Source: Campylobacteraceae bacterium
GTDB lineage: Bacteria > Campylobacterota > Campylobacteria > Campylobacterales > Sulfurovaceae
Reading direction: 5' to 3'
DNA: 43,812 nt
NCBI GenBank assembly: GCA_027022775.1
Contig: JALVXO010000105.1
Location: 1 to 43,812 of the forward strand
The translations under genes were made by a program, and so were the position numbers. Within the stretch, counting starts at the first letter, position 1. The number at the start of each line of letters is the position of its first letter. Positions 31,911 to 41,608 of the stretch are shown one piece after another. Under the pieces are notes generated by a model that did no database searches, was not told where the DNA came from, and worked only from the letters and a program-made list of their open reading frames with translations.

Positions 31911-32912
31911 TCAGCTATTATTGTGCTTTTCTAAAATATCTTCGATTTTATCGTAAATTGCAGAGTCGGAGAAACGGATTGCTTGGAATATGGCGTTTTT
32001 TATCGCTTTGGCATTTGAGCTGCCGTGGCTAACTATTGCGCACCCTTTTAAACCCAAAAGAGGGGCGCCGCCGTATTCTGCGTAATCTATCTGTTTTTTA
32101 AGGTTGCTAAACACTTTTCTCTTCATTAAAAGTGCGCCGATTTTTGCAGGAATCGACTTTTTGATATTTTGGCGCATAAGTTCAATAATTGTAGATGCAA
32201 CCCCTTCGCTGGTTTTAAGCACAACATTTCCGGTAAAACCGTCTGTTACAATTACATCTACTGTACCGTTAAAAATATCGCGCCCTTCTACATTGCCTAC
32301 AAACCCGGTAATCTCTTTTAAGAGAGGGAAAGTCTCTTTTGTAAGGTCGTTTCCTTTGCTATCCTCTTCTCCATTGCTTAAAAGCCCGATTTTAGGCCTG
32401 ATGATCCCCATCACCTCTTGGGCGTAAGCTTTACCCATAACTGCAAACTCATAAAGGTTTTTCGGTTTGCAGTCTGTCACTGCTCCAACATCCAAAAGCA
32501 GGGACTTCTGCCCGGTAATATTTGGCATAAGCGTTGCCAGAGGCGGCTTGCTAACATGCGGCAGCCTGCCTATTCTTAATGTTGCCAGAGTCATAGTAGC
32601 CCCGCTGTGCCCTGCAGAAACAACAGCATTGGCTTTACCCTCTCTAACAAGCTCTACAGCCTGGTAAATAGATGAATCTTTACGCTTTAGAGCATCTGTG
32701 GCGGCATCGCTCATAGAGATTACATCGCTGCAGTGCAAAATCTCTATATGGTCGGCGTAAAATTGCGGCAAATAAGAGAGTATTTCATCTTTATCGCCCA
32801 CTAAAACCGCTTTGAACTTTTTTTCATCTAAAGCGTCTATTAAGCCTTCTATAATGGGTTCGGGACCGAAATCCCCGCCCATTGCATCAATTGCAACAGT
32901 AACTATACTCAT
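31911..32912 (-). CDS. plsX: Phosphate acyltransferase PlsX
   Basis: 333 aa. Motifs: AIDAMGGDFGP, SAGHSGA, GLLSNGEE..KG, HGSSNAKAI. Confidence 0.95.
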   Translation of the reverse strand: MSIVTVAIDAMGGDFGPEPIIEGLIDALDEKKFKAVLVGDKDEILSYLPQFYADHIEILHCSDVISMSDAATDALKRKDSSIYQAVELVREGKANAVVSAGHSGATMTLATLRIGRLPHVSKPPLATLMPNITGQKSLLLDVGAVTDCKPKNLYEFAVMGKAYAQEVMGIIRPKIGLLSNGEEDSKGNDLTKETFPLLKEITGFVGNVEGRDIFNGTVDVIVTDGFTGNVVLKTSEGVASTIIELMRQNIKKSIPAKIGALLMKRKVFSNLKKQIDYAEYGGAPLLGLKGCAIVSHGSSNAKAIKNAIFQAIRFSDSAIYDKIEDILEKHNNS

Positions 32913-32915
32913 AAA

Positions 32916-33074
32916 TTAATCTTGAGATTTATATTCACCGGTAGTTAAGTTCATTCTGTGAGGCATTCTCCAAGTCCCATCTTCATCTTTTACAGGTCTT
33001 GGAAGTGTTACTTTGTAGTGTGTTCTTCTTTTTGCCGCTCTTGTTTTAGAGTGTCTTCTCTTTGGTACTGCCAT
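32916..33074 (-). CDS. rpmF: 50S ribosomal protein L32
   Basis: This 52-aa ORF is below the track cutoff. It reads [52 protein letters not shown] and sits between DUF177 and plsX, as expected. Confidence 0.9.
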   Translation of the reverse strand: MAVPKRRHSKTRAAKRRTHYKVTLPRPVKDEDGTWRMPHRMNLTTGEYKSQD

Positions 33075-33088
33075 GATTTTTCCTTTCT

Positions 33089-33463
33089 TTAAAATTCAAC
33101 CTCTAACAGTTCTGTGGCATCCTGACATTCACTGCAGAGATTATAATCCTCTTTTATCGAGGTAACTTCGCTAAAAGCCAGATAATCAAAATCTATGCTT
33201 CCGCCAAAAAACTCAATAACATCTATTTCATTTTTGGCATTATACCCGCCGTCGCTTAATATTAGCTCAAGCGGATAGTCTGCCTTAAGTTTATACTCTT
33301 TTCCGCACCGGTTGCAAACAACCTCCACTTCACTGTTGAAGCTAGAGTTTAATTTTACACTCTCCCTGTCGATTCTCTCTAAAGAGCCTTTTATTTCAAC
33401 TCCGTCTTTTGAGTAATTTACATCAACAGGAGCCTGTTTTATTTTTAAAAAACTTATCTGCAT
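33089..33463 (-). CDS. DUF177 (YceD-like) protein
   Basis: 124 aa with CNRCGKEY ... CSECQ Cys pairs. The position upstream of rpmF-plsX is conserved. Confidence 0.8.
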   Translation of the reverse strand: MQISFLKIKQAPVDVNYSKDGVEIKGSLERIDRESVKLNSSFNSEVEVVCNRCGKEYKLKADYPLELILSDGGYNAKNEIDVIEFFGGSIDFDYLAFSEVTSIKEDYNLCSECQDATELLEVEF

Positions 33464-33466
33464 CTA

Positions 33467-33880
33467 TTATAAAATTTCGCACTCTGCAAAGAAGAATGCA
33501 ATCTCTTTTTTAGCATTCTCTAAAGAGTCGCTGCCGTGAACAGCATTTGCATCGATACTCTCTGCAAAATCTGCTCTAATTGTTCCAGGCTCTGCCTGTT
33601 TAGGGTCTGTAGCGCCCATTAATTCTCTGTTTTTTGCAACCGCATTTTCGCCCTCTAATACAGAAACAACAACAGGCCCGCTTGTCATAAACTCAACAAG
33701 TTCACCAAAAAAAGGTCTCTCTTTATGCACAGCATAAAATTCTGCAGCTTGCTCTTTTGTAAGTTGAATTTTTTTTGTAGCTGCAATTCTTAAACCGTTG
33801 CTTTCAAATCTGTCCAAAATTTTACCGATAACACCTTTTGCTACTGCATCTGGTTTAATAATTGACAATGTTCTTTCCAT
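33467..33880 (-). CDS. ndk: Nucleoside diphosphate kinase
   Basis: 137 aa. Motifs: [20 protein letters not shown]. Confidence 0.97.
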   Translation of the reverse strand: MERTLSIIKPDAVAKGVIGKILDRFESNGLRIAATKKIQLTKEQAAEFYAVHKERPFFGELVEFMTSGPVVVSVLEGENAVAKNRELMGATDPKQAEPGTIRADFAESIDANAVHGSDSLENAKKEIAFFFAECEIL

Positions 33881-33911
33881 AACACCTATCCTAGAGTGAA
33901 TTTTGGGTGAG

Positions 33912-33920
33912 ATAATACCA
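33912..33920 (-). promoter_or_regulatory. Extended -10 box TGgTATTAT for ndk
   Basis: It is the reverse complement of ataatacca, 32 nt upstream of ATG 33880. Confidence 0.45.
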
Positions 33921-33996
33921 TATTAGAGGTAAATAAGAAATTAAATTTATAAGTTTTTTGGGATTTTTTAAAAAAAGCGGAGTCTGCGGTTACAAC

Positions 33997-34010
33997 CCCG
34001 CAAAAGCGGG
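33997..34010 (-). terminator. GC palindrome cccgc-tttt-gcggg just after the ferredoxin stop (possible terminator)
   Basis: 5-bp GC stem 7 nt after the stop codon. A T-run follows only after a further 25 nt. Confidence 0.35.
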
Positions 34011-34016
34011 ATTTGA

Positions 34017-34304
34017 TTAATCTTCGATAACTGGCTGTCTTTCTGCTCTTGCTTCTGCAGGAACATCATCTCTGCATGTAGCGCCTTCAGCACAGTCGCC
34101 CCATACAATACACCCTTCAGTAGGGCACGCTTCTGCACATGCAGGTGTGTCATGGTAACCTACACACTCTACACACTTATCAGCGTAAACATAGTAAATA
34201 TCTTCCCCAGTCGGGTTTTCATCTTCATCAACAATAGCTTCTACTGGACACTCATCAATACAAGCCGCACAGCTGATACAACTATCTGTAATAATTACTG
34301 CCAT
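34017..34304 (-). CDS. 2[4Fe-4S] ferredoxin
   Basis: 95 aa with CISCAACIDECP and CVECVGYHDTPACAEACP (a long-spacer second cluster). Confidence 0.85.
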   Translation of the reverse strand: MAVIITDSCISCAACIDECPVEAIVDEDENPTGEDIYYVYADKCVECVGYHDTPACAEACPTEGCIVWGDCAEGATCRDDVPAEARAERQPVIED

Positions 34305-34334
34305 TGGTTTCTCCTTTTTGTAATTTGTAATAAC

Positions 34335-34343
34335 ACTATAGCA
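34335..34343 (-). promoter_or_regulatory. Extended -10 box TGcTATAGT for the ferredoxin gene
   Basis: It is the reverse complement of actatagca, about 31 nt upstream of ATG 34304. Confidence 0.45.
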
Positions 34344-34382
34344 AAAAAATTTACAAATTTGTTTTAATCATTAAAAAAAAAT

Positions 34383-35543
34383 TCATTTTTTTGCTTGCAA
34401 GTAGGATTTTATCTCATCTACTTTATCGGTTCTCTCCCAGGTAAACTCTTCAAGCTCTCTTCCAAAATGGCCGTAAGCGGCGGTTTTTCGGTAGATTGGG
34501 CGCAATAAATCAAGCTCTTTAATAATTCCTGCCGGTCTTAAATCGAAAATATCCCTTACACACGCTTCTAAAAGTTTAGAATCGTAACGCTCATCACCGT
34601 GTGTGTCAACCATAATAGAAACCGGCTCAACTACTCCGATAGCATAAGCTACCTGCACAGTAACCCTCTCTGCCACGCCTGCTGCAACTAAATTTTTGGC
34701 AACATATCTAGCTGCATAAGCTGCGCTTCTATCCACTTTTGTCGGATCTTTGCCGCTAAATGCCCCTCCGCCGTGAGGACAGCTGCCGCCATAAGTATCT
34801 ACAATGATTTTTCTGCCTGTCAATCCTGCATCTCCCTGCGGACCGCCTATAACAAAGCGTCCTGTAGGGTTGATATGATAAACCACATCATCAGCAAGAA
34901 GCTCTTTTGGGATGACTGTTTCTATAACCTCTCTTATGATATCCTGGTGCAGCTGTTTCTGCTCGATTTCCGGGGCGTGCTGGGTTGATACAACAACCGT
35001 TTTTACACTTGTTGGCTTGCCGTTTTTATAAAGAACGCTCACTTGCGCCTTGCCGTCTGGGCGAAGATATGGAAGTGTTCCGTTTTTTCTCACCTCTGCC
35101 AGTTTTGCTGTGATTTTATGCGCCAAAGAGATAGGAAGCGGCATAAGCTCTTTTGTTTCGCGGCATGCATATCCAAACATCAAGCCTTGATCGCCTGCTC
35201 CAATCTCTCCGCTGTCTTGGTCAACACCCTGGTTAATATCGGGGCTTTGCTCTCCAACACCGTTTAAAACCCCTGCCGTTCTGTAATCAAAACCAAAAGT
35301 GGCATCCGTATAGCCTATTTCTCTGATAACCTCTCTGGCAATCTCTTGCATAGGGGCGTAAGTTGTGGTTTTTAATTCACCTGTAATAACGCAAAATCCG
35401 TTGCTAACCAATGTTTCGCACGCAACCCTTGCCTTTTTGTCACGCTCTATAATATAATCTAAAATGGCATCGCTAATCTGGTCTGCCATCTTATCCGGAT
35501 GCCCCTCTGTTACCGATTCACTTGTAAAAATATACTCTTTCAT
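34383..35543 (-). CDS. metK: S-adenosylmethionine synthetase
   Basis: 386 aa. Motifs: [45 protein letters not shown]. Confidence 0.97.
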   Translation of the reverse strand: MKEYIFTSESVTEGHPDKMADQISDAILDYIIERDKKARVACETLVSNGFCVITGELKTTTYAPMQEIAREVIREIGYTDATFGFDYRTAGVLNGVGEQSPDINQGVDQDSGEIGAGDQGLMFGYACRETKELMPLPISLAHKITAKLAEVRKNGTLPYLRPDGKAQVSVLYKNGKPTSVKTVVVSTQHAPEIEQKQLHQDIIREVIETVIPKELLADDVVYHINPTGRFVIGGPQGDAGLTGRKIIVDTYGGSCPHGGGAFSGKDPTKVDRSAAYAARYVAKNLVAAGVAERVTVQVAYAIGVVEPVSIMVDTHGDERYDSKLLEACVRDIFDLRPAGIIKELDLLRPIYRKTAAYGHFGRELEEFTWERTDKVDEIKSYLQAKK

Positions 35544-35562
35544 TGCTGCTCCTAATTTTTAT

Positions 35563-35629
35563 AAGCTAAAAGCTTAAAGCACAAAGCTGTAAGCTAAAAG
35601 CCTGTAATGCTGTGCTTTTTGTCATTCCT
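35563..35629. repeat. AAAGCT-word array plus the R3 conserved 37-mer
   Basis: gctaaaagcctgtaatgctgtgctttttgtcattcct (35593-35629) matches 41298-41334 at 32 of 37 positions. Both are preceded by degenerate aaagct/aaagca words. Confidence 0.75.
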
Positions 35630-35637
35630 TGCTTGAT

Positions 35638-35810
35638 GAGAGTGCGCAAAAAGTTAAAATTTCTGTAAAATTACCCATTTCAGTCATTCTGAACGTAGCA
35701 AAGAATCTCGATAGAACGGCAGTAAAGAGATTCTTCACTTCGCTCAGAGTGACAGCGATGGTAACTTTTTTGGACTTTTTGCACACTCTCGCTTTCGCGG
35801 GAATGACGGG
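35638..35810. repeat. R1 nested palindromic element, copy 3 (complete reference copy)
   Basis: The outer arms are gagagtgcgcaaaaagt (35638-35654) and actttttgcacactctc (35774-35790). The inner palindrome spans 35683-35753, and its loop is nearly identical to copy 1. It is followed by gctttcgcgggaatgac. Confidence 0.85.
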
Positions 35811-35841
35811 GAAGCTATACTTTTGGTTTTAAGCCTTATGC

Positions 35842-37674
35842 TTATTGCTTTTTACTTACTGCTTCAAGCTTTTTTGCAATCTGTTTTGGCATAATACCAA
35901 GAAATTGCTCAATATCTGCTGTTTTTCCGTGGCGGATGAAGAAATCTTCATACTCAAAACTCTCCAGTTTTACATCTTTTATGCCGCTGCTTTCCAAAAA
36001 TTCAAGTATGGCCGACTCAACTCCTCCCATTTTGGCGCTGTCGCTAAAGATATACCACTTTTTAAAATCCTTTGCTAAATTTGCCAGTGTTTCTGTATCA
36101 AGCGGCTTTACAAAACGCAAATCCAAAATTGCCGGATTTAAATGTTTTAACTCTTTTTTTGTCTCTATTGCACGCCCGACCCCATTACCGTAACCGATAA
36201 ATAAAATATCTTTACCCTCATCAATAAGATGCGATTTGCCAAGTTCATAAGGGGGGACATCGAAATCTTCGGCAATAAAAGAGCCGCGCGGATACCTTAT
36301 AGCCAGCGGAGTTTTAAAATCAACTGCAAACTCAAGCAGCCTCTCAAAACTTTGCCTGTTAAACGGCGCAGCCAGAGTCATATTTGGAATAGGCCTTAAA
36401 TAGCTGATATCAAAAGCCCCCTGATGCGTTTCGCCATCTTCGCCCACAACTCCTGCCCTGTCCATTGCAAAAACAACACCTAAATTCATCAAAGCGATAT
36501 CGTGGATAACCTGGTCATATCCTCTTTGCAAAAAGGTCGAATATATGGTGCAAAACGGTTTAAAACCCTCTTTTGCCAGCGGTCCCATAGAGGTTACAGC
36601 GTGCTGCTCGGCAATTGCAACATCCCAAAAACGCTCCGGAAACTGCTCTATTAGCGGGCTTAAACCGGTTCCGCTCGGCATTGCTGCGGTTACCCCCACT
36701 ATTTTTTCATTTTTTTTGGCAAGTTCAAGCAGTTTATTGCTGTAAATCTGGGTGGCGCTTAATTTGCCATTGCTCTTTTTAAGGCTTTTGCCGGTTTTAA
36801 TATCAAAAGGGCCCACCCCGTGCCAGTGCTCTTTTGGACCCTCTGCAATATGATACCCTTTGCCCTTGGTGGTTTGCGCATGGACTATAACAGGCTTTTT
36901 AAGCTCTTTTGCAAGTTTTAACGCATCAATTATGCCTTCTAAATTGTGTCCGCGTATTGGACCTATGTAATCCAATCCCATCTCTTCAAAAAGCACACCC
37001 GGGGTAATTAGCTTAATTGTATCCTCCAGTTTTTTTGCCATATAGGCAGCGCCCTCTGGCAGGTGTTCTAGCATAGATTCAACTTTTTGTTTAAATTTTT
37101 GGTAAAAGGGTGAAGCCATCTTTTTAGAAAGGTGCCGGCTTATTGCGCCTATAGGCTGAGATATTGACATTTCATTATCATTTAAAATTATAACTACCGG
37201 ATATTTTCTCTCGCCAAGTTCATTGAGCGCTTCATAAACCATACCTGCACTCATTGCGCCGTCGCCAATTAATGCTACAGGGATTCTGTTCTCTTTTTTT
37301 AGCGCAATAGCTTTGGCAGCACCTACTGCAATAGATATAGAGGTTGAGCTGTGCCCCGCTTTATAGTAATCAAATTTACTCTCTTCAGGGTCGGTATATC
37401 CGCAAATGCCTCCAAACTGCCGAAGCGTGTCAAAACTGTCCCATCTGCCTGTTAAGAGTTTGTGGGCATACGCCTGGTGGCTTACATCAAAAATAAACGG
37501 GTCTTTATTGACATCAAAAACATAATGCATTGCAATAATCAATTCAACCGCACCTAGCGTTGAACTTAAATGCCCGCCTGTTTTACTGACAGTTTCTAAA
37601 ATTTTATTGCGGATTTTAGCCGCTAAATCTTCCAACTCTTCAATAGAGTAATTTTTTATATCCATTGCCTGCAT
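35842..37674 (-). CDS. dxs: 1-deoxy-D-xylulose-5-phosphate synthase
   Basis: 610 aa. Motifs: GGHLSSTLG, GDGAMSAGMVYEALN, IAEQHAVT. Confidence 0.95.
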   Translation of the reverse strand: MQAMDIKNYSIEELEDLAAKIRNKILETVSKTGGHLSSTLGAVELIIAMHYVFDVNKDPFIFDVSHQAYAHKLLTGRWDSFDTLRQFGGICGYTDPEESKFDYYKAGHSSTSISIAVGAAKAIALKKENRIPVALIGDGAMSAGMVYEALNELGERKYPVVIILNDNEMSISQPIGAISRHLSKKMASPFYQKFKQKVESMLEHLPEGAAYMAKKLEDTIKLITPGVLFEEMGLDYIGPIRGHNLEGIIDALKLAKELKKPVIVHAQTTKGKGYHIAEGPKEHWHGVGPFDIKTGKSLKKSNGKLSATQIYSNKLLELAKKNEKIVGVTAAMPSGTGLSPLIEQFPERFWDVAIAEQHAVTSMGPLAKEGFKPFCTIYSTFLQRGYDQVIHDIALMNLGVVFAMDRAGVVGEDGETHQGAFDISYLRPIPNMTLAAPFNRQSFERLLEFAVDFKTPLAIRYPRGSFIAEDFDVPPYELGKSHLIDEGKDILFIGYGNGVGRAIETKKELKHLNPAILDLRFVKPLDTETLANLAKDFKKWYIFSDSAKMGGVESAILEFLESSGIKDVKLESFEYEDFFIRHGKTADIEQFLGIMPKQIAKKLEAVSKKQ

Positions 37675-37704
37675 CTGTTTTGTTTACTCCAAAATTTGCT
37701 GCTT

Positions 37705-38790
37705 TTAAAGCTCTTGGCTTAAAACTTCAAAAAGCCTGCTGTTTTGCACCTCGGTCCCGATTGTAATTCTTACTGCATTAAGCCCGTAACTTGCCAAATC
37801 TCTAATAATAACCCCTTTTCTCATAAGCGAATTTGCAATTTTGCTTGAATTTCTGCTCTCATCAAAGAGGTAAGTGATAAAATTTGTAAAACTCTCTATA
37901 TATTCAATACCGTTTTCTTCGGCAAAACCGATATATCTTTGCATCTCTTTGCGGTTTAACTCTACGCTTTTTTGCACAAAAGCTTTATCTTTGCTCGCCT
38001 CTACCGCTGCAAGCAAGCTTAAACTTGTAATATTAAACGGCGGGCGCACTTTATAAAGCACACTGATTATATTCTCATTTGCAATTCCGTAACCTACCCG
38101 CATTCCGCCAAGTCCGTAAGCTTTAGAGAATGTCCCAAGATAGATAACATTTTCATAATTTATAAAATCTTTCGGCTCAAGCTTGTAAGCTTCATCCTCT
38201 ACATACTCCATATAGGCGCAATCTACCACCACAAGCGTATCTTTTGGAGCCGCTTCTATAATAGAGAGCACATCTTTTTTTGGGGTAGCATCGCCTGTTG
38301 GGTTATTTGGGGTGCAGATATAAACAATATCCGGTTTTTCACTCTCTATTTTCTCTTTGAATTCATCAACAATATGACGGTAGCTTGGAGTTTTTACAAT
38401 TTTTGCACCAAACTGTTTTGCATAAATGTCATACATTGCAAATGTGACTGCACTGCGTAAAATTTTAGCCCCTTTGTGCAGTTTTACATGCGAAATAAAC
38501 TCCAAGACCTGGTCGCTGCCTGCGCCAATGATTATATTTTTATCCTCAATCCCAAAGCGTTTACAGAGCGCCTCTTTTAACTCATACATGCTGTCATCTG
38601 GATATAGCGAAGCTTTATAGGCATTTTTTGCAATGGCTTCTGCAACTTTTGGCGAACACCCCAGCGGGTTTTCATTGGAAGCCAGTTTAACCACATCTTG
38701 GGGTTTTATTCCAAACTCTCTGACAACAAGCTCTATAGGCTTGCCCGCTTCATAAGTTTTAATATCTTTTAAATAGTCATTAAACATCAT
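37705..38790 (-). CDS. hisC: Histidinol-phosphate aminotransferase
   Basis: 361 aa. Motifs: KLASNENPLG, NPNNPTG, TFSKAYGLGGMRVGY. Confidence 0.9.
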   Translation of the reverse strand: MMFNDYLKDIKTYEAGKPIELVVREFGIKPQDVVKLASNENPLGCSPKVAEAIAKNAYKASLYPDDSMYELKEALCKRFGIEDKNIIIGAGSDQVLEFISHVKLHKGAKILRSAVTFAMYDIYAKQFGAKIVKTPSYRHIVDEFKEKIESEKPDIVYICTPNNPTGDATPKKDVLSIIEAAPKDTLVVVDCAYMEYVEDEAYKLEPKDFINYENVIYLGTFSKAYGLGGMRVGYGIANENIISVLYKVRPPFNITSLSLLAAVEASKDKAFVQKSVELNRKEMQRYIGFAEENGIEYIESFTNFITYLFDESRNSSKIANSLMRKGVIIRDLASYGLNAVRITIGTEVQNSRLFEVLSQEL

Positions 38791-39847
38791 CCGCCTCTTT
38801 TACATAAGATCCCAAAAATTTAATACTTTTTTTATGTTTTTCCAAAATTTCGGCAATATGGGCATCTTTTCTATGTCCGTTAAATTCAAGGAAAAATACA
38901 GAAACCCCGCCGACAATATGCGATTTAATTTTAGTCAAATCTATCTGCGCAGCCTTAAAATCTAACAAAAAGTCAACTAATGCACCCGGACGGTTGGGCA
39001 GTTTTGCCAAAATTGTGGTTTTGTCTCTGCCGCTTGGCTCATTTTCAAAATCGCTGATAATAAAAAATCTGGTTTTATTGTTTTCATTATCTTCTATATT
39101 CCTAAACAGAATAGGCAAATTGTAAAGTTTTGCCGCAACTTCGGAACATATTGCTGCAGAACCGGGGTCTTCTTTTGCCATTTGCGCCGCTTTTGCAGTC
39201 GATTCCACAGGAATTTGTTCTATATTATCAAGCCCGAAATCCTCCAAAAAGTTTTTGCACTGCCCAAATGCGATATCTTTAGAGTAGATGCGTGTAATAT
39301 CTTTTACATCATCGCAAGTTGTAGCCAAAACATGGTGAACATTTAAAACAACTTCAGCAACAATTTTTACATTAAAATCGCTAAAACAGCTAATAGTGTC
39401 GCTTACAATCCCGTTAAAACTGTTCTCTATTGGCACAACCCCAAACTTAACATTGGAGTTGTTCACCTCTCTAAAAATCCCGCGGATTGTGTTTATTGGC
39501 ACATAATTTCCAAGCGCACCGAATTTCTGCTCTGCCGCCTGATGGGTAAAGCTCGCTTCAGGCCCCAAATATGCAACTTTTTCGGCAAGTTCATAATTTC
39601 TCGATACTGAAAACAGTTCCAAAAAGAGCGCCTCTATTGCTGCATCGCTCAATTTGCCATGCTGCTGCCTGTTTATACTTTTTAAACGGTCAAGTATCTC
39701 TTTTTCTCTTTCGGGGCGGTATATCGGGCTTTTATTGCTGTTTTTTAACTCTCCGACCTTTAAAACAAGTTCAAGCCGCTTATTGTAAAGTTCCAAAAGT
39801 TTGTTATCTATCTCATCTATCTCTTTGCGTAATTGTTTTAAATCCAT
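38780..39847 (-). CDS. pheA: Bifunctional chorismate mutase / prephenate dehydratase
   Basis: 355 aa with an N-terminal CM helix (LRKEIDEIDNKLLELYNKR), a PDT domain (VAYLGPEASFTHQAA, ENNKTRF) and a C-terminal ACT domain. Confidence 0.9.
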   Translation of the reverse strand: MDLKQLRKEIDEIDNKLLELYNKRLELVLKVGELKNSNKSPIYRPEREKEILDRLKSINRQQHGKLSDAAIEALFLELFSVSRNYELAEKVAYLGPEASFTHQAAEQKFGALGNYVPINTIRGIFREVNNSNVKFGVVPIENSFNGIVSDTISCFSDFNVKIVAEVVLNVHHVLATTCDDVKDITRIYSKDIAFGQCKNFLEDFGLDNIEQIPVESTAKAAQMAKEDPGSAAICSEVAAKLYNLPILFRNIEDNENNKTRFFIISDFENEPSGRDKTTILAKLPNRPGALVDFLLDFKAAQIDLTKIKSHIVGGVSVFFLEFNGHRKDAHIAEILEKHKKSIKFLGSYVKEADDV

Positions 39848-39848
39848 T

Positions 39849-41063
39849 CTATGCCTTTAAATACAGTCTCTCATTAGCAATTAAATCTTCAAAACTCTCC
39901 CTTTTGCGGATTACTCTGCACTCTCCCTCTTCGCAGCCCACTTCGCAGGCTCTAGGGCGGGTATTGTAATTGCTCGCCATTGTAAAGCCGTAAGCGCCGG
40001 CGCTGTGCACAAGCAGCAAATCGCCGCTGCTTAATGGAGGCATATTGATATCTTTTGCTAAAAAATCTCCGCTTTCGCATATAGGTCCTACTATATCTGT
40101 TTTTGACTCTTCCCCCTCTTTTTTATCCAAAAGTTCAATTTTATGATACGCTTTGTAAAGCGACGGGCGCAGCAAATCATTCATAGCCGCATCTACAATT
40201 GTAAAGCGTTTATTGCCGTTTCTCTTTTCATAAAGCACTTTTGTCACCAGATATCCGCCGTTTGCAACCAAAAAGCGCCCAGGCTCGCACACTATTGTTA
40301 AATCAAGCCCTTTAATCGCCCTTTTGATGGCATTGGCATACTCTTGAGTGTTTATTAAAACCTCATCATCATAAACAACGCCTAAACCGCCGCCCACATC
40401 GAAAAATTTAATATCCACATTTATTGCATGCAAAGAGCGCACCAAATCGGCAATAATCTCTGCCGCTTCTGCAATAGGCTCAAGCTGTGTCAATTGCGAA
40501 CCGATATGAAAATGAATTCCTACAGGATCTAAATTTTGTGAATTTTTGGCATAAATATACATTCTTTTTGCCATATTGATATCTACGCCGAATTTATTCT
40601 CGTGCAGCCCTGTAGAGATGTAAGGGTGGGTTTTTGGGTCAACATTTGGATTTACCCTGATAGAAATTCTAGCTTCTATTCCTAACTCTTTGGCAACCGC
40701 TTCTACCCTTTTTAACTCCTCTTCGCTCTCTACATTTATCATTAAAATTTTAAGCTCAAGCGCCTCTTTTATTTCACTGTCGCTCTTTCCTACACCCGAA
40801 AAGATAATTTTATAAGGCTTAATGCCAGCAAGCAGCGCCCTTTTTACCTCGCCAATGCTTACACAATCTGCACCGCTGCCCTCATTTGCAAAAGTGTTAA
40901 TAACAGATAGGTTTGAATTTGCCTTAACCGCATAACAAACAAGCGATTTAGCCCCTTCAAAAGCGCTTTTTAACTCTCTATACTGCTTTTTCATATAATC
41001 TAAATCATAAACATAAAGAGGCGTCCCAAACTCTTTTGCCAATCTCTTAAAATCGATACCCAT
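39849..41063 (-). CDS. lysA: Diaminopimelate decarboxylase
   Basis: I place the start at ATG 41063 (MGIDFKRLAKEFGTPLYVYD) after GGGG. A TTG at 41075 is possible. Motifs: YAVKANSN, HFHIGSQ, GGGLGV, CESGD. Confidence 0.95.
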   Translation of the reverse strand: MGIDFKRLAKEFGTPLYVYDLDYMKKQYRELKSAFEGAKSLVCYAVKANSNLSVINTFANEGSGADCVSIGEVKRALLAGIKPYKIIFSGVGKSDSEIKEALELKILMINVESEEELKRVEAVAKELGIEARISIRVNPNVDPKTHPYISTGLHENKFGVDINMAKRMYIYAKNSQNLDPVGIHFHIGSQLTQLEPIAEAAEIIADLVRSLHAINVDIKFFDVGGGLGVVYDDEVLINTQEYANAIKRAIKGLDLTIVCEPGRFLVANGGYLVTKVLYEKRNGNKRFTIVDAAMNDLLRPSLYKAYHKIELLDKKEGEESKTDIVGPICESGDFLAKDINMPPLSSGDLLLVHSAGAYGFTMASNYNTRPRACEVGCEEGECRVIRKRESFEDLIANERLYLKA

Positions 41064-41099
41064 ACCAAACCCCAAAAATTAATTTGAAGAGATTTTACC

Positions 41100-41500
41100 C
41101 GAAAAAGCTTAAAAGCAGAAAGCTAAAAGTTTAAAGCATAAAGCTAAAAGCTGAAAGCTAGAAGATGAAAAAGAAATACATTCCGTCATTGCGTGCAGAA
41201 AGCCAAAAGCGGAAAACGGAAAACTGTAAATATTTTTTATTACCGTTTTCCGAATGAATCCACAGTTTAAATAAAAGTTAAAAGTACAAAGCTGAAAGCT
41301 GAAAGCCGGTAATGTAGTGCATTTTGTCATTCCTGCGAAAGCAGGAATCCACGGTTTATAAAACCGATATATTTGCTTCCATTTTTCTAATCTCTAATTT
41401 CTAATCTTTCTTCTCTAAAAGAGCCCTGGATTCCCGCTTTCGCGGGAATAACAATATTCCTAACTCTGCAATTCTTAACTCTTAACCCTTAATTCATTTA
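41100..41500. repeat. Composite repeat field: AAAGCT-word arrays, the R3 37-mer, two 8-bp-stem palindromes, and ctaatc/taactc word arrays
   Basis: aaagct words span 41105-41160 and 41270-41307. R3 spans 41298-41334. The palindromes are attcctgc-gaaa-gcaggaat (41329-41348) and attcccgc-tttc-gcgggaat (41430-41449). The word arrays are ttctaatctctaatttctaatc (41385-41406) and ttcctaactctgcaattcttaactcttaacccttaattc (41457-41495). Confidence 0.8.
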
Positions 41501-41608
41501 TCCAGAAAAAATAGTTTCCAACTCCAAACTTAAAAATGCAACTTAAGTTCTTTACAATCAAACAGAGACTGGATATTATATTTTCAGTTTAGGTTTAAGG
41601 AGTGAAAA

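Noticed and set aside
35544-35641. A SAM riboswitch upstream of metK, and lysine, TPP or FMN riboswitches upstream of lysA, thiL or ribF
   Set aside because: The leaders consist of the repeat families described above. They lack the conserved cores of those riboswitch classes.
35629-35832. A 67-aa plus-strand ORF
   Set aside because: It reads straight through R1 copy 3 (palindromic repeat). The same repeat is in frame in unrelated contexts elsewhere.
41109-41330. A 73-aa minus-strand ORF in the lysA upstream spacer
   Set aside because: It is composed of translated AAAGCT-word repeats (…FQLLALCFKLLAFCF). This is a repeat artefact.
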